DNA of 63,839 nt, counting the filler, from Cercozoa sp. M6MM (lineage: Eukaryota > Protista > Endomyxa: Ascetosporea): the NCBI GenBank assembly GCA_040357565.1. It is 15 parts of 15 records of this genome, joined end to end, with 100 filler letters (N's around TTAATTAATTAA, not from the genome) between each part and the next. Parts side by side here need not be neighbours in the genome. Positions count along the whole stretch, not along the records: positions 61,128 to 63,839 come from JBDODJ010001712.1; 14 more parts are not named here. One strand, given 5' to 3'. This document shows, piece after piece, positions 63,745 through 63,839 of this stretch; the first letter of the stretch is position 1; the number at the start of each line of letters is the position of its first letter. A model generated the notes under the pieces. The model was given only the letters and a program-made list of their open reading frames with translations. It made no database searches and had not been told where the DNA came from. Position numbers and translations under genes: made by a program.

Positions 63745-63839
<95 letters not shown>

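Overview
This window is not one locus. It is 15 short contigs joined by artificial 100-nt linkers (N-run, TTAATTAATTAA, N-run). Fourteen contigs come from a gene-dense, intron-rich eukaryote, probably a protist; the taxon cannot be fixed from the sequence. It uses the standard code and GT-AG introns with weak donors, and many introns are filled with tandem repeats. Recognisable eukaryotic genes: an ER-type DnaJ, ArfGAP2/3, a class-C-GPCR-like receptor with a periplasmic-binding-protein ectodomain, an FG nucleoporin, an RBR E3 ligase, an HSPA12-like Hsp70, the FEX fluoride channel, AP-2 alpha adaptin, two DEAH helicases, mitochondrial L20, ADA2 and MED6. Mobile elements: a chromodomain-bearing Ty3/Gypsy pol with its 3' LTR, three further copies of that LTR each lying between convergent gene 3' ends, and an APE-RT LINE. 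Contig 51894-57592 is bacterial, an intron-less plasmid/phage-like operon of small hypothetical genes. It ends in a perfect spacer-less 46-bp palindrome next to a cluster of direct repeats, a candidate hairpin telomere of a linear replicon. One contig is a fold-back inverted repeat and one ADA2 exon is inverted, which suggests amplification or assembly artefacts. Gene boundaries are hand-spliced and approximate, and family calls come from recalled motifs, not database searches.
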